Made by a program: the position numbers and the translations under genes
The notes under the pieces: model-generated
Databases searched by the model: none
What the model saw: the letters and a program-made list of their open reading frames with translations, nothing else
What the model was told of the DNA's origin: nothing
From: Podospora anserina
Taxonomy: Eukaryota
DNA length: 64,000 bases
Reading direction: 5' to 3'
Assembly (NCBI GenBank): GCA_017654855.1
Contig: CM030332.1
Location: 2,790,001-2,854,000, forward strand
Shown: piece after piece, positions 25,456-37,361 of the stretch
Layout of the letters: each line of letters begins with the position of its first letter
Numbering within the stretch: the first letter of the stretch is position 1

Positions 25456-27907
25456 CTATTGCTTAGCCACAATCCGTCTCAGCTCCGACCTCAATCCCGC
25501 AACCTCATCGCTGACCCCCTTTGAACTCTTGAGCGTAAACACGGCCGCCCTTTGGGCAATATCAATCAACTCCTCCACCTCACCACCCCTCGCCAACCCA
25601 GCAATCAACACACCAGTAAACGTATCCCCGATGCCATTCACGCTCACAATATCCTCCTCCTTGACCCTTTCCGCCGCCGGGAACATCCTCATGTAAACCC
25701 CCCCAACACTAGGATGATCACTCAAGGTCCTGCTCACAACCCACCGGGCATGCTCAGGGTCTCTAATCCTAGGATCGCCCTTTTCCAACAAAGTCGTGAG
25801 CAGCACTCCGCTGGAACCGAGCTTGGTGATGATGGTTGGGATATAAGGCAGGAGATTCACGCTCTGCACCGGAATACCCGCGTCCGTGGCAGCAGCACCA
25901 GCAATATCAACAAACTGCTCCCTAGCCCCGCGCATGATGCCAAACGCGTCGATGATGGGGAACCAGTTGTGCGTATCGAGGTACCCGTTCTCGTTGGCGG
26001 CTTCATACATGGCCAGTAGTTCGTATTGGTTGGGAGTGGAGAGATGGACGCTCGGGCGAGGGAAAAGACCCAGTTCTGGCTTCTTGTGGTGGTTTTTCAG
26101 TTTGGGGAATAACCTCGCTGCTTTGGCGGCCGAGACTGGTTCAAAAGCGATTTTGGCGTTGTGCTTATGGCCGGCCTGGATCCAGGTCTGGATGTCATGT
26201 TCAGCCCAGTTGGCGTCGACGACCATCCACTTTGGCTTGGAGGCGTTGACGGCTGAGTTCCAGTAGTTGGGGAAGGAGTGGGTGGAGATGATGGCCATGT
26301 CGGCCATGGCGAGGACCAGGGATTTGTGGGCGTCGTTGACGGCCACGTATTGGGCTGTTCGCGCGGAGGGGTACTCGTGGCCGAGGACGCGGATGTAGGA
26401 GGTGTCTAGGCCGGCAGCAGAAAGGGAGGAGAGGATAGTTGATCCGGCACTAGAATCAGGATTAACAACCGTACTAGTAGGTGAATTAAGTTGAGAGTAG
26501 GCTTACATGTCATCGCCAACCATACTGCAGAGCCGGACATTGTTCTCCTCGCTCACCTTGTGGGCGGCAATGGCAATGTTATGACCCACACCGCCCACAG
26601 ACTGACTGATGGAAGCTGGGTTGGATGTGTTGAGCGCCGGCGAAACCGTCTTTCCGCCACCTGCATAGTCACAGTTCAAGTCAAGAGCGACTGACCCAGC
26701 AACGAGAATGTCCACAGTATGATCAGCCTAGTTCAAGTCAGTCAGTTCTTTTCAATGCATCCCTGATGTCTTAGTTACTTGCCTTTGGCTTCTCCACTCT
26801 AGGCTTGGTCTCGGCCTTGGAAGAAGTAGGCTGCTGCGTAACTGTCGCATTGCTTGCTGAAGCCATCCCAACCGTGACCGGGTTGCCATCCACTAGCTTG
26901 GAGAACTCAACCGCAATCTTGGCCGCTCTGGCCACATTATCCCTCACCAGCGCCTTATTCGCAATCACACTCCTCCCATCAGTCAACTCCCTGATCCTCC
27001 TCAACACGAACGGAGTATTCTCATTCCCCGGCGCCTTCTCCTCCGCCTCCTTCACAGCAATCCTAATCACCTCCTCCATCTCCGACCTCGGGATCTCAAA
27101 CTCCTTCGGCAGCGGGTTCACGAACAACATTCCCGTCTCAATATCATACTTCTCCTGAGCCAAAAGAATGGCCGCAGCCTCCTTCTCATCCCACACCACA
27201 GCCGGACTTTTGACCCCGCTCTCCCTCGCCCAAAAAGCCGGGAAATCCACCTCTTTTTGGTCCTTGCCGTCAGCAAAAGTAGCCACCAGCACCCCCTGCG
27301 TCTCCAAAACCTCAAGCGTCTTTGGAATGTCCAAAAACCCCTTCACACCACTGCTCACAACCGCCACCCTCGTCCTCCCCAACTCTGTCAAGTCGGCAGA
27401 GATATCCATCGTGTTCTCCCCGCCCTGATGAACACCACCCAACCCGCCCGTTCCAAACACCCTGATCCCCGCCTGCCGAGCGAGAATCATGGTTCCGGCA
27501 ATGGTGGTTCCACCGTGGATCTTGTTGCCGCAGATACCCTGACCGATGAGATAGGCGAGGTCGCGGCGGGAGACCTTTTTGGCGCCCTGGTCGCACATGG
27601 TGGTGATCTCTTCTGGGGTGAGGCCTACGGTGGCTTGGCCGGCGTAGATGCCGCATACGGCGGGGATGGCGCCGTGGTCGCGAACGATTTGCTCGAGGTT
27701 GAGGTCATTGCCTAGGGCGCCGTGGGTGTAGATTGTTGATTCGAGGGCTACGAGGGGGGTGTTGGATCTGACGGCGGAGGAGACTTCGGGGTGGATTCTG
27801 AGCCAGGAGTGGGAGGGGGTGGAGGAGGTGAGGTAGGGCCGGCGGGAAGGCGTCGATAGGAGGGGTCGTTTGGGGAGGAGTTTGGAGAGGGGGCGGGTGA
27901 GTGCCAT
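25456..27907 (-). CDS. Bifunctional pseudouridine-5'-phosphate glycosidase (PsuG/IndA) plus PfkB-family pseudouridine kinase; introns 26728-26782 (GC-AG) and 26450-26506
   Basis: PsuG motifs VALESTIYTHG, KVSRRD, GGTTIAGT, FGTGGLGGVH, DISADLTELG and NENTPF. PfkB motifs GGVGHNIA, VVDAN, EPVS, TKLG and VSVNGIGDTFTG. Arg/Ser/Leu-rich, acid-free N-terminus suggests a mitochondrial presequence. Confidence 0.92.
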
Positions 27908-29024
27908 TTTGAGTACCTAGGAGTGAGCTGAAGAAGGTAGGCTAGCTTGGAGGGGCCTCCCTGCTGCCTATAATCCAAAGTAAGAAAAGCTACTATGAGA
28001 ACAATGAATGAGCCAAGTGAAATGAAAATGGTTTATATTCAACCTAGAATGCAAAAAGTTGTCAAGAAAATAGTTGTATTTGGCTCGTCAAAGAAACTGT
28101 TGTGAGAGGTTATGTGAGGTGAGAGCAGCTTCAAAGACAGCGGAGAACCTAGTAATGGTTAGACAGGGGTAGCTTTGGCCAATGAGAAGCTGCATTTGCT
28201 AACAGATCTGTTGCATGTGTATGTTCTGATGGCGACAACTGAATATGTGATTTGTAGAATAGTCGTAAGAGTTGAGACGTAAGCGTAGTAGTCTTTTTTC
28301 TCATATATTTCAAGCTTTGACATAATAAATCAGCCACCAATCCTCAACCAAAGTTGTTCTTTCCTCCATCTTATGCTCACCCACTCGGCGCCAATCTCAG
28401 CTTATCTAACCCTCCAACCCCACCACCCCAAAAACCAAAGCTAACCCCAACCCGGCACCCCTCCCAATCTGAAACCCGCCCAGCATGCGCCAACCCTTGC
28501 ATGAACTCCATCGAAACTGTTGTATCCAGATTTGACGTCTCTTCCTCCTTCAAAACCAGAGATGGCCTCTCTGCGTATCAGCGCCATGCCCGTGCTTTTG
28601 GGGGCGCCGGTTCACAATCCATCCGGTGAATCTTGCATGACTCCTCCCTCATCACACCTCTTCAAGAAACCCGCAAGAAACAGGACACCATTCTCTCACT
28701 TCACCCGCACCCAAGAGAAGACAGCTCGCTTATGTGTCGTGAGCGGGCGAGTGGGTTAAGTCCTTCCTGGTAATCTCGCTCTTATTATATCTCAGTTCAT
28801 ACCGCAACACACGCGGGATCTAGTGATCCTCTTTTTTGCTTCCCGACTTTTCCGTTGTTTCCTTGTTTCTTTTCTCTCTCCTTTCCTGGATTTTTGTATG
28901 TTGGCTAAATAGTTCTTTGCCGGCAAACCCTCCTTCATTCTTGTCACTCCTTTTAACTTCAGAACTCTTTTTCGCTTTTACCAGCCGCGCTGTTTTGAAA
29001 TCATCAAGAAACAAATTCATCATC

Positions 29025-29904
29025 ATGTCACTCCTAAAACAGGCAGCCCTAGGTCTGCTCCTCACCTCTGCTTCCACAACCGCCCTGGAGTTCACCATAG
29101 CAGGCGGTCAAATCTTCACCCCGGGCCTGGCAGTCCTCAACTCACCTCAACCAGGCACCCCATTAGGAGGCGGTTTGTCTCCCCCCCACCTTTTCTTCCT
29201 GACCCCCCATTACTAACCCCCCCTGCCCAGATCTAATAGAAATCTCCCTCGACATCACAACCAACGGCCGCCTCCCCCTCCCCCCTTACTCCCCAGACTC
29301 CCCCTCCCAAATCCACAACATCTCCATCTTTCTCTCCTCTTACGCCACCGGTAAAAATTTCACCATCACAAACGGAACCGCCACATCCTCCAACTTCAAC
29401 GAGAACGCCTCCCTGGGCAATATTCTGTTTCAGGAACCTGGCTCGACAGTCAAGCACGTCAAGTGGATCTGGCCCGACTGTCTTGTTGGCGACGGCCAGC
29501 CTCAGACACTCGACAGCGTGAGAGGGGCGTACAATGTGAGCATCAGGCAGAGCTTTCGGTTGAACGGTGAGGATTTTTACACGGTGTTTGATGTGCCGAT
29601 TTCGGTGACGAATCGGATTGGGGAGGAGGCGCCGAACGGGGTTGCTAGGCCGAGCTGTGAGGAATTGGAGAATGGAATGATGGAATGGGAGGAGGTTAGG
29701 GAGGGGGCGGATGAGATGGGGGCTTTGTTTGCGCCGGGGGATGCGACGGTGCTGGAGACTAGTGGGGATGAGGATGGGGATGGGTTAGGGCCTGTGAGGC
29801 CTGGGGCTGGGAGTGGGAGTGGGTTGGGGAGTGGCGCGGGGGGGTTGAAGGTGGGATTGGGGTGGTTGGTTGGGTTGGGGTTGGGGGTTGTGGTTTTGTT
29901 GTAG
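29025..29904 (+). CDS. Uncharacterised secreted, probably GPI-anchored protein; intron 29173-29230
   Basis: Signal peptide MSLLKQAALGLLLTSASTTA. Spliced domain GQIFTPGLAVLNSPQP...EPGSTVKHVKWIWPDCLVGDG...GAYNVSIRQSFRLNG. Gly-rich spacer and hydrophobic C-terminus LGWLVGLGLGVVVLL. Confidence 0.85.
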
Positions 29905-30699
29905 GTGAGTGGTGATACCCTGGGGTTCAGGTAGGGGCGGGTTGGGATGTTTTTTTGGTTATTTCTGGAGGCCTAATGGGGTTGTATATATAGTTGTGAG
30001 GAGATATGAAAGGAATATAATGAGATTGAAAAGATTGAGCGATGACAAATACGTGGGGCGATAACACCAGGAAATTATATGGCCAAGTGCTCTGTGGTCG
30101 GGGCAACATATACCACCTTCCTACGGATTCTTTCAAGATAGGCAAACATTAACTCCCTTAGTGGTGTAGATGGCATAGGCGGAACTGTATTCGTTCTTAG
30201 TACGCAAGGTACTTGTTCAGATCAAGTCTGAGTTGTTCTGTGCTGCCATCTTTTTTTTTATACTTCAGCCAAAGGCAAAAGCATAATGAAGCCTTGGTAG
30301 ACAGAAGGGCTTCCAACCTGTTTTCTTGGCCACCTATCTTTTCAATTTATCATTGAGGCTACTGTAGCTAGGAAAATCAAAGTCCTCATCAAGGTATTTC
30401 ATATGATAAATATACTTCTCTCACCAGCCCCCAACCTCATGTTCACAATGTCAAAGACCTAGCAAGTAACAAGGCTGACCGCCAAGCAAAACCTACCCCA
30501 CTAAAAACTTACAAAGTGGACCCCCCTTCCCACGCCAAACCTGCAAGGCTACGAAAAACTTCCCCAAGCAACAAAAAAAAAAAAAGTGATCGCAACTTGT
30601 GCAGTCGCATTCGCTGCAGGAAAGCTTCCTCCAAGAATCCCACGCGATATCCCAACCATATTTCCACCAAAAAAAAAAAAAACCACCACACATTCCAAA

Positions 30700-32604
30700 A
30701 TGTCCCGCCGACGCCAACAACAAAAAGAAGACCCCTCCTCCGAAGAGGAAGGCTCCTTCGCCCAATTCTCCAACGAGGAAGAAGAAGAAGAAGACGACAT
30801 CTCCATGTCCGACGTCGCCTCCGATTCCAGCGGCTCCGACGACGATGAATCCGACCGCTCCCCACAACAAAAAGAAATCAACCTCGTCAAAGACTCCGAC
30901 GAAGAAGACCTCGAGCGCCTCGTCCTGGGGACCAAATCCGCCGACGACTTCCGCGCCAAGCTCCTCGCGGGTGATGACTTTCTCCTTCCGGACGTCACCG
31001 GTTCCAAGGCTCTTGTCTCTGTCGCGGCGGACAAGGAGGAGGTCAATGATCAGTTCAAGAATGTGGACGATTCAATGCTTTTCATGGTTGACACCGTCGG
31101 TGGAGGGGAGGGTGTCATCGCGCATGCCGAGAAGAAGGCGGAAGAAGCGGTGGTTGACAAGCCTGCTTGGGAGGACAGTGATGATGAGAGGTTGACTGTT
31201 TCGCTTGCTGGGGTGGGGAGGTTGAGGAAGTTGAGGGAGTTTGAGGGGGAGGATGTGGTTAATGGGACTGAGTATAGCCAAAGGTTGAGGGCGCAGTATA
31301 TGAGGATGTACCCCGTCCCTGAGTGGGCGCGGCCGGCGGCGGAGAAGAAGACTAGACGGAGGAGGAGGTCTTCTGCTGCGGGTGGGTCGGACGAAAGTGG
31401 GCTTTCTGGGGAGGAGGCGGATAGTGATGAGGAGGGGGGGGATTACGAGGATGCCTTGCCTTTGGAGCAGTTTCTAAGGGATGTCAATGCTTTTGCTGAG
31501 GATGATGATACCAGGTTGTCCAAGAGGAGGAAGTTGCGCCCGGAGACGTTGGATATCCAGCGGACGAGGGATATTCCTGATACGCACAAGGCGGGGGTGA
31601 GCTGTTTGGCGTTTCACCCTAGGCATCCTATTCTGCTGAGCACGAGTGTCTCGTCGGTCATGTTTTTGCATCATGTTGATGCGGCGGCGTATCCGACGCC
31701 GAATCCGATGTTGACTTCGGTGCAGGTTAGGAGGACTGACTTGAGGAGGGCGGCATTTTTGAGTGTGAAGGGGGAGGATGGGGAGGGGCAGGGGGAGGAG
31801 GTGGTGTTTGCTGGTAGGAGGAAGTATTTCCACAGCTGGAACTTGGCGACGGGTGCGGTGAAGAAGATCAGCAAGATTGCGGGGCATCAGAAGGAGCATA
31901 AGACTATGGAGAGGTTTAGGGCTAGTCCTTGTGGGAGGTGGATGGCGGTTGCGGCGAGTGATAAGAAGGGGGGCGGTATGCTGAATATTCTTAATGCGGC
32001 CACCATGCAGTGGGTTGCGCAGGCGAGGATTGATGGGAGGGGGGGTATTGCTGATTTCCAGTGGTGGAGCAGTGGGGAGGGCTTGACGATTGCTGGAAGG
32101 GATGGGCAGGTTGCGGAGTGGAGCTTGGAGTCCAAGAGAACGGTGGGAGTGTGGAGGGATGAAGGGTCTATTGGCGGTACTGTCCTGGCGATGGGTGGCA
32201 GACATGGTCCCAGGGCGATTGGAGAGGATCGATGGGTTGCCGTTGGCAACAGCAGCGGGATCGTCAACATTTATGACCGGAACGAGCTGCTGGTTGCTAG
32301 CAAGGACAAGAAGGATGTGGAGATCAAGAAGCTTCCTACACCTGCGAGAGTACTCGAGCAGTTGACCACAGCCATCACTATTTTGTCCTTCTCGCCAGAC
32401 GGACAGCTGATGGTCTTCGGAAGCAATCTCAAGAAGGATGCGCTGAGGTTGGTGCACCTTCCCAGCTGCACTGTCTACCGCAACTGGCCTACAGAGCAAA
32501 CACCATTGGGTAGAATTTCCGCCGTTGCCTTCAGCGCCGATAACAGCATTCTCGCCATTGGCAACAATGCCGGCAAGGTGCGGATGTGGGAGATCAGGGG
32601 TTAA
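30700..32604 (+). CDS. UTP18: U3 snoRNA-associated WD40 protein Utp18
   Basis: Acidic N-terminus, KDSDEEDLERLVLG, PAWEDSDDE, RLRKLR..E.EDVV.G.EY..RLR.QY..MYPVPEWA, AGRRKYFHSWNL, ALRLVHLPSCTVYRNWPT..TPLG. Confidence 0.93.
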   Translation: MSRRRQQQKEDPSSEEEGSFAQFSNEEEEEEDDISMSDVASDSSGSDDDESDRSPQQKEINLVKDSDEEDLERLVLGTKSADDFRAKLLAGDDFLLPDVTGSKALVSVAADKEEVNDQFKNVDDSMLFMVDTVGGGEGVIAHAEKKAEEAVVDKPAWEDSDDERLTVSLAGVGRLRKLREFEGEDVVNGTEYSQRLRAQYMRMYPVPEWARPAAEKKTRRRRRSSAAGGSDESGLSGEEADSDEEGGDYEDALPLEQFLRDVNAFAEDDDTRLSKRRKLRPETLDIQRTRDIPDTHKAGVSCLAFHPRHPILLSTSVSSVMFLHHVDAAAYPTPNPMLTSVQVRRTDLRRAAFLSVKGEDGEGQGEEVVFAGRRKYFHSWNLATGAVKKISKIAGHQKEHKTMERFRASPCGRWMAVAASDKKGGGMLNILNAATMQWVAQARIDGRGGIADFQWWSSGEGLTIAGRDGQVAEWSLESKRTVGVWRDEGSIGGTVLAMGGRHGPRAIGEDRWVAVGNSSGIVNIYDRNELLVASKDKKDVEIKKLPTPARVLEQLTTAITILSFSPDGQLMVFGSNLKKDALRLVHLPSCTVYRNWPTEQTPLGRISAVAFSADNSILAIGNNAGKVRMWEIRG

Positions 32605-32747
32605 TCAACATGTATGTCTAAAAGTGTCGGGACAATAAGCGGTTGATAAAATGGGTTAGAGGTAAATATCCAATGATTTCAGATACAACATGTCTTCCTC
32701 CTTGCCATATTCATCTCTTGTGCCCTCAGCTTTCCCCACAACCGATA

Positions 32748-33211
32748 TCATGACCCTCTTAATATGTCCCTCATCAAAGCCTTGACAGGTCCCAGCCCAT
32801 TCTTGACCCATTTCTTGGGGTAGACTTTTCCCTCCTTCATGGTGTATTTGACGAGTTGGTTGAGGCTGGCGAAGCGCTGCGGGTATACCTTGGGGTGTTC
32901 CCCAGTGAGGTTTTTCTCAATGCAGTCGACAAGGTCTTGGATGTTGATGAAGACGGTTTTTAAGAGCTATGTTTTTCGTTGTCAGTATCGGTGGTGATAT
33001 GGCAGGTGAGTCAGGTAGGTACCTTTCGGCATTTAGTCTTGCTGCACAGGTCAAAGCTTTTGAGCTCGTCCTCGCGGAAGATGTCGGAACAGAGACACTG
33101 CCAGTCTTGGAGGTCCCCTGCGCCGAAGTATTCGTCGAATCTAGCGACGATGGCGGGGGGTTGGGCCTGGTCTTTGGTGTTTTTGTGTCTGTTTCTGTTC
33201 TTGCGGACCAT
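32748..33211 (-). CDS. Uncharacterised fungal protein (135 aa); intron 32967-33022
   Basis: Spliced FDEYFGAGDLQDWQCLCSDI...SKTKCRK-LLKTVFINIQDLVD...RFASLNQLVKYTMKEGKVYPKKWVKNGLGPVKALMRDI. The pattern resembles a widespread family of fungal hypothetical proteins (recognised from memory). GTACCT..CTGAC..TAG intron in phase 0. Confidence 0.75.
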
Positions 33212-33678
33212 GTTGTCACTGCTGGAGGGTGTCTGCCGGGAAGGGGGTTGGATGGCTTCCGTAGTAGGAAGTCCGTTGATGCTAGTAGGGTTCTACCAAC
33301 TGAGAAGCTTGTGATGTTTAGAATCTAGCGGACTCCATAGCTGAGGTTTGAGTCCTCGAGTGAAAGGGAGAGGTGAAAACGTTGGACCCAAACATGCAAA
33401 CGGACGTTTCATTTCGCGGGAACGCATAGAGTTGGGCATCTTTTGATCCCGCTGCAAAAAGGGAGCTTGCATAATAGGATAGGGGGTTTCTTCTTGGTTT
33501 GCCATAGCCAGGATAGAGGTAGGTGTTTTGTAGTAGGGAAAATGAGTGATAACATTTTTCAAGTGTTGAACTTGAAGTCTCAAAAAACTACCTGGTAGTA
33601 GATATTGTTTCCACCTGGGGAAAATCCTCCGGTACTGAGCAATTTCATCCATCTCTTCCACCAGCTCTCGCCTCTGTA

Positions 33679-34095
33679 TCAATTTCTTGCCAAACACCTT
33701 TTTAGACCGTCACCTTGTTCAAGATGATCTTGGCTGCAATAATCGCTATTACCAGAACCGGCATCCACACAAGTACCAGGTGCATTGCAGCTCTCAATGA
33801 ACGTGAGGTAGTCTCCGCTTGTGCAATGAAAGAGGACATTGTCCACACTGTTGGCACTGAGCCAGTCGGGTCTACCGCTGCAATCGTCGATGATATTGTC
33901 ACGGGACCAGCCTGAAGTCTCTTATTAGCAGAACATTGCACAGGAGGATGGGTCGGGAGGCATACCCATGTTGAGAAGAGTGTGGCCGCAGTAGTTCAGG
34001 CCTTCGGTGCAGCCGTACAGTGCAGAGGCTGGGGCGGGAGCCGGTGAGGCTGTGGCCAGTGTGGCCAGTATGGAGAGGGTGAGGATGAAGTTCAT
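33679..34095 (-). CDS. Small secreted cysteine-rich protein (about 120 aa, effector-like); intron 33912-33965
   Basis: MNFILTLSILATLATASP signal peptide, then CTEGLNYCGHTLLNMG-WSRDNIIDDC...VLFHC...ESC...TCVDAGSGNSDYC. GTATGC..GCTAAT..CAG intron. TATAAA box near 34201. Confidence 0.85.
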
Positions 34096-34867
34096 GATGT
34101 TTGAGTAATGTTTGATCATGAAAACCTGATGGTTGATGGGAGTGGTTGATCTGAGGTGAAAGATACTTGCCTACAGTAGATCAACGTCTTCGCTGTGGTC
34201 TTTATAGATTGCATTGATCTTCTCCTCTCTATCACATCACGACACCACTTCATGTCCGCGTAACCACTTCAGAGCCACAGTTCAACAAAACTCAGAGCTG
34301 GTCTGAGGTCTAAGGCTTCAAGTAACACATCACATGAGAGGGTTACATAGGTACCTGCCTTTCACCATACTCGGTCTGGGTGTTTCGAGAACCGTTTCCT
34401 CGGTCTAAAAACTCCAAATAATCATCCGTCACTTGAGAAGTGAGTTTTAGGATGGCGAGACTCATTTTCCAAATCCATGTGTGGTGGATGGAAGATAGAA
34501 CTGGCCATGGCTTTTCGGTCATGAGAGGTGGTCTGTTCAATTTGAGTCACTTTGTTCATTATCACTGAGCTACAGGACACAAAACTCATGTGGTTTTTAT
34601 TTCGTATCATCGGCAGCAACTAGGTATTGATGGCTGACAGGAAGGGACCCAATAACAGATGGAAGCTCATAAATCGTCTGTGTATCTTTGATGCGGGTGT
34701 TGCAAGATTAAGAACAACCACCGAGGTGGGCGCAAAAATATCCAGGAACCGGTATCATACGATAGCACCAGCCAAATGTTGAATTTGAACACCTAGGTAA
34801 GCAACAGACACAGTCCCATCCTCCACCAAACCTCTTCCGCCGCCCAACACACCCCCATTATCCCCAT

Positions 34868-35242
34868 CTAGCCACAATAATCATTATTAGCAGGCCCAGC
34901 ATTAACACAACCCCCACAGCTCATGACAAAACTGATTGTATTCGCAAATCCGCAATGAAGAGAACGTTGTCCACATTGTCAGCAGCAAGCCAGGAGGGAG
35001 CTCCCGCGCAGGAGGTGACGATGTCGTTGCGGGGTCGGCCTGGAGATGGGTTATCGGTAACTATCTACCTAGGAAGAGTAGATAAAAGACTTTCCCGTCG
35101 AAACAAGAGTCTGGCCGCAATAGTTGAGGCCGTTGGTGTAAGGCCAGTAATTAAGGTCGATGCTGCGCTCCGCGTCGGCTGGTGGAGTTGGCGAGGCTCT
35201 GGCTAGAGTGGCCAGAATGGAGAGGACGATGGTGAGCTTCAT
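34868..35242 (-). pseudogene. Decayed tandem paralog of the 33679-34095 small secreted protein
   Basis: MKLTIVLSILATLARASP...YTNGLNYCGQTLVSTG, intron at the homologous position (35040-35094) with donor GAAAGT, then ...SCAGAPSWLAADNVDNVLF, a 1-nt frameshift near 34958, and HCGFANTISFVMSCGGCVNAGPANNDYCG*. Confidence 0.82.
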
Positions 35243-37328
35243 TTTGTTTGAGTCGGGGCCTTGCTGGATGACCGGGTGATAGGTGGCAAAGAAGATGCCG
35301 GACTTCTAGTTGCTAACCATCGGCTGATATATGTTAAATATGCCGCGAGTTTAAGACCTGACCACCCTGCTATGTCACGGATGAATTCAGTATCACCGTT
35401 CGACGATACTCGGATTTGATCTGAGCTCTATGATATTCAGAGTTGTACATGTCACAATAAGTCACCTGTCACCCTACTCGGTTTAGACGTGTTGGCAACA
35501 GCCCCTTGAGGATTCGAGCACTGATGAAACAGCAAGGCAACATATCACGAGGCTGTCGGTATATTTGGAAGACAAGTATGCCATCTGCTGGAGATGACCG
35601 TCGATGGTAGGGATGAAGTAATGCAGCATGACCGGTTCTGTTGCCCACGGTGAAGACCACCTCAGTGTGCCGAGCTCGAAGAGAAGTTGCTTCGAAGTGG
35701 TTGCACCCAATATTCCTCATTCGAAGTATTTTTTGGCATAATTGATCGTTCGAGCATCCCGTGTGTGGCCCAAGCCTTGGGAGTATAGAATTGTACATTC
35801 ATAAATCAGCATCGTCAATGAACATCTGGCATAGCATTGACAGGATCCTCATTCTCTTCGGTTGGGCTCGTTCGTTTATCTCGTTTTCGGCCCGGCAGAC
35901 CGCTCCGCAGACTCTTGTTGCGATGCTGGTAGACAGGAGGGGAAAAGTATCCGCAAAGTGTTTTATCCCTCAGACAACAGAAACCCAATGGAGTTTCCAA
36001 GAGGTCCAGAACACATTTATCGCGGTCAGGTTGTGGTCGGCTGTCAAGCTGAGGTTAAAGTAAGCACAGGACCCCACTACGGAAGCATCTCAACGGCCGC
36101 GGCGACCCCCACGTGTCCAGCTAAGCAGCAGCTAGACAACAGCGACATTTTTTGCGGGCCTCAGATGGCACAAAATGTAAACAAACTGCAATTGAGCTCC
36201 GCCAGCAACTCCAGTTTGGTGCCTGACAAGGCGGTGATCAGCTTTTAGGGGTTCGAAACTCTCCAGCTATTCAAGACAAGGAACCAAGCACTTGGTATAG
36301 AACAAGAGCAGAGGAAACAAGCTGATAAGCATCTGATAACCAAAGCTCCAGACATGCAGCCACCCTGCAAAAAGCTCCAAACCCCCTGTGCGGCGTCGGC
36401 TGATGCCTTTCCTCTTTGGCTCTGGCGTCACCCAGCTGCCCAGAAAGCCCCGCAACGGCCTGGCGTTGCCGAATTTTAGCGGGCCCGGGATACCCCGCTG
36501 ATCGGATTTCAGAATTTTAGCCCGCGGCGATTGGAAACATGCACAGTTGTGCCGAATGAGACGTAACGTGGGAAGGGATGCCATCGACACATCGTCAATT
36601 GCTTGATGCTATCAGAGTAGTGTCATGCAAAATCACGCACTTTCCACTTGCCCACGGACAAACGGCCACCAAGCCCAACGACCCGAGCGAGACTGAGAAG
36701 TGACGGGCCCAATGTTTCACAGGACACCCTCCAAACAGAGCAGAGGCACAGCTACCTAGATAGAGGCTGGCTGACCCTCCATGATGAGAAAGCAACGCCG
36801 GGCTGAACCGGAGAGCGCGAGACCAATTGGCATTCGCCAGCTTTACACCAAGAGGTGTTGCACAATGGCATCAATTCCCTCGAGGGCTCCAAGCAAAATG
36901 CCGATGTCATCGTCTGCAAGCAATCGCAATGGCGATCCCAATGGGATGGTTCCCCTTCGTCGAAGATGGCTTGCGACGACGTGTCAGGCCACAAACGGCC
37001 AGCGGCTCTCTGGTTCTGATGCATGGCCGCCAGGTTTGAGGACATTTGAACCAGCCCTGTTTCCCGAAGCTCGTCCAAATCTCGCCCACATTGCTGGGCT
37101 GGCTGGGCGCACGCCTTGGGCTGCAGCCCGTCTTATCCCAGATGCATTGCATATGTAGGTTGCGGTTGGAGAGGGCCAGAGTGAGAGTGTGTGTGAGAGA
37201 GAGAGGGAAACATGTGTCTACGCCAGTTTTATTCTCGCAAAAAGAGGGGCATATGATAACACCTACGCAGCAATGATAATCACAATCACCTTTTCTCATT
37301 CCTGTGTCTCTATCATACTGTCTGTCTC

Positions 37329-37329
37329 A

Positions 37330-37358
<29 letters not shown>
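37329..37358. repeat. (CAT)n microsatellite upstream of the large ORF
   Basis: Run of about nine CAT units in the presumed leader/promoter. Confidence 0.9.

Positions 37359-37361
<3 letters not shown>

Noticed and set aside
25456-25470. C-terminal AKQ of the PsuG-PfkB fusion as a possible PTS1
   Set aside because: Gln at the final position does not fit the PTS1 consensus, so the evidence is too weak.
36247-36263. GGTTCGAAACTC, resembling a tRNA T-loop/B-box
   Set aside because: No acceptor stem, D-arm or anticodon arm could be folded around it.
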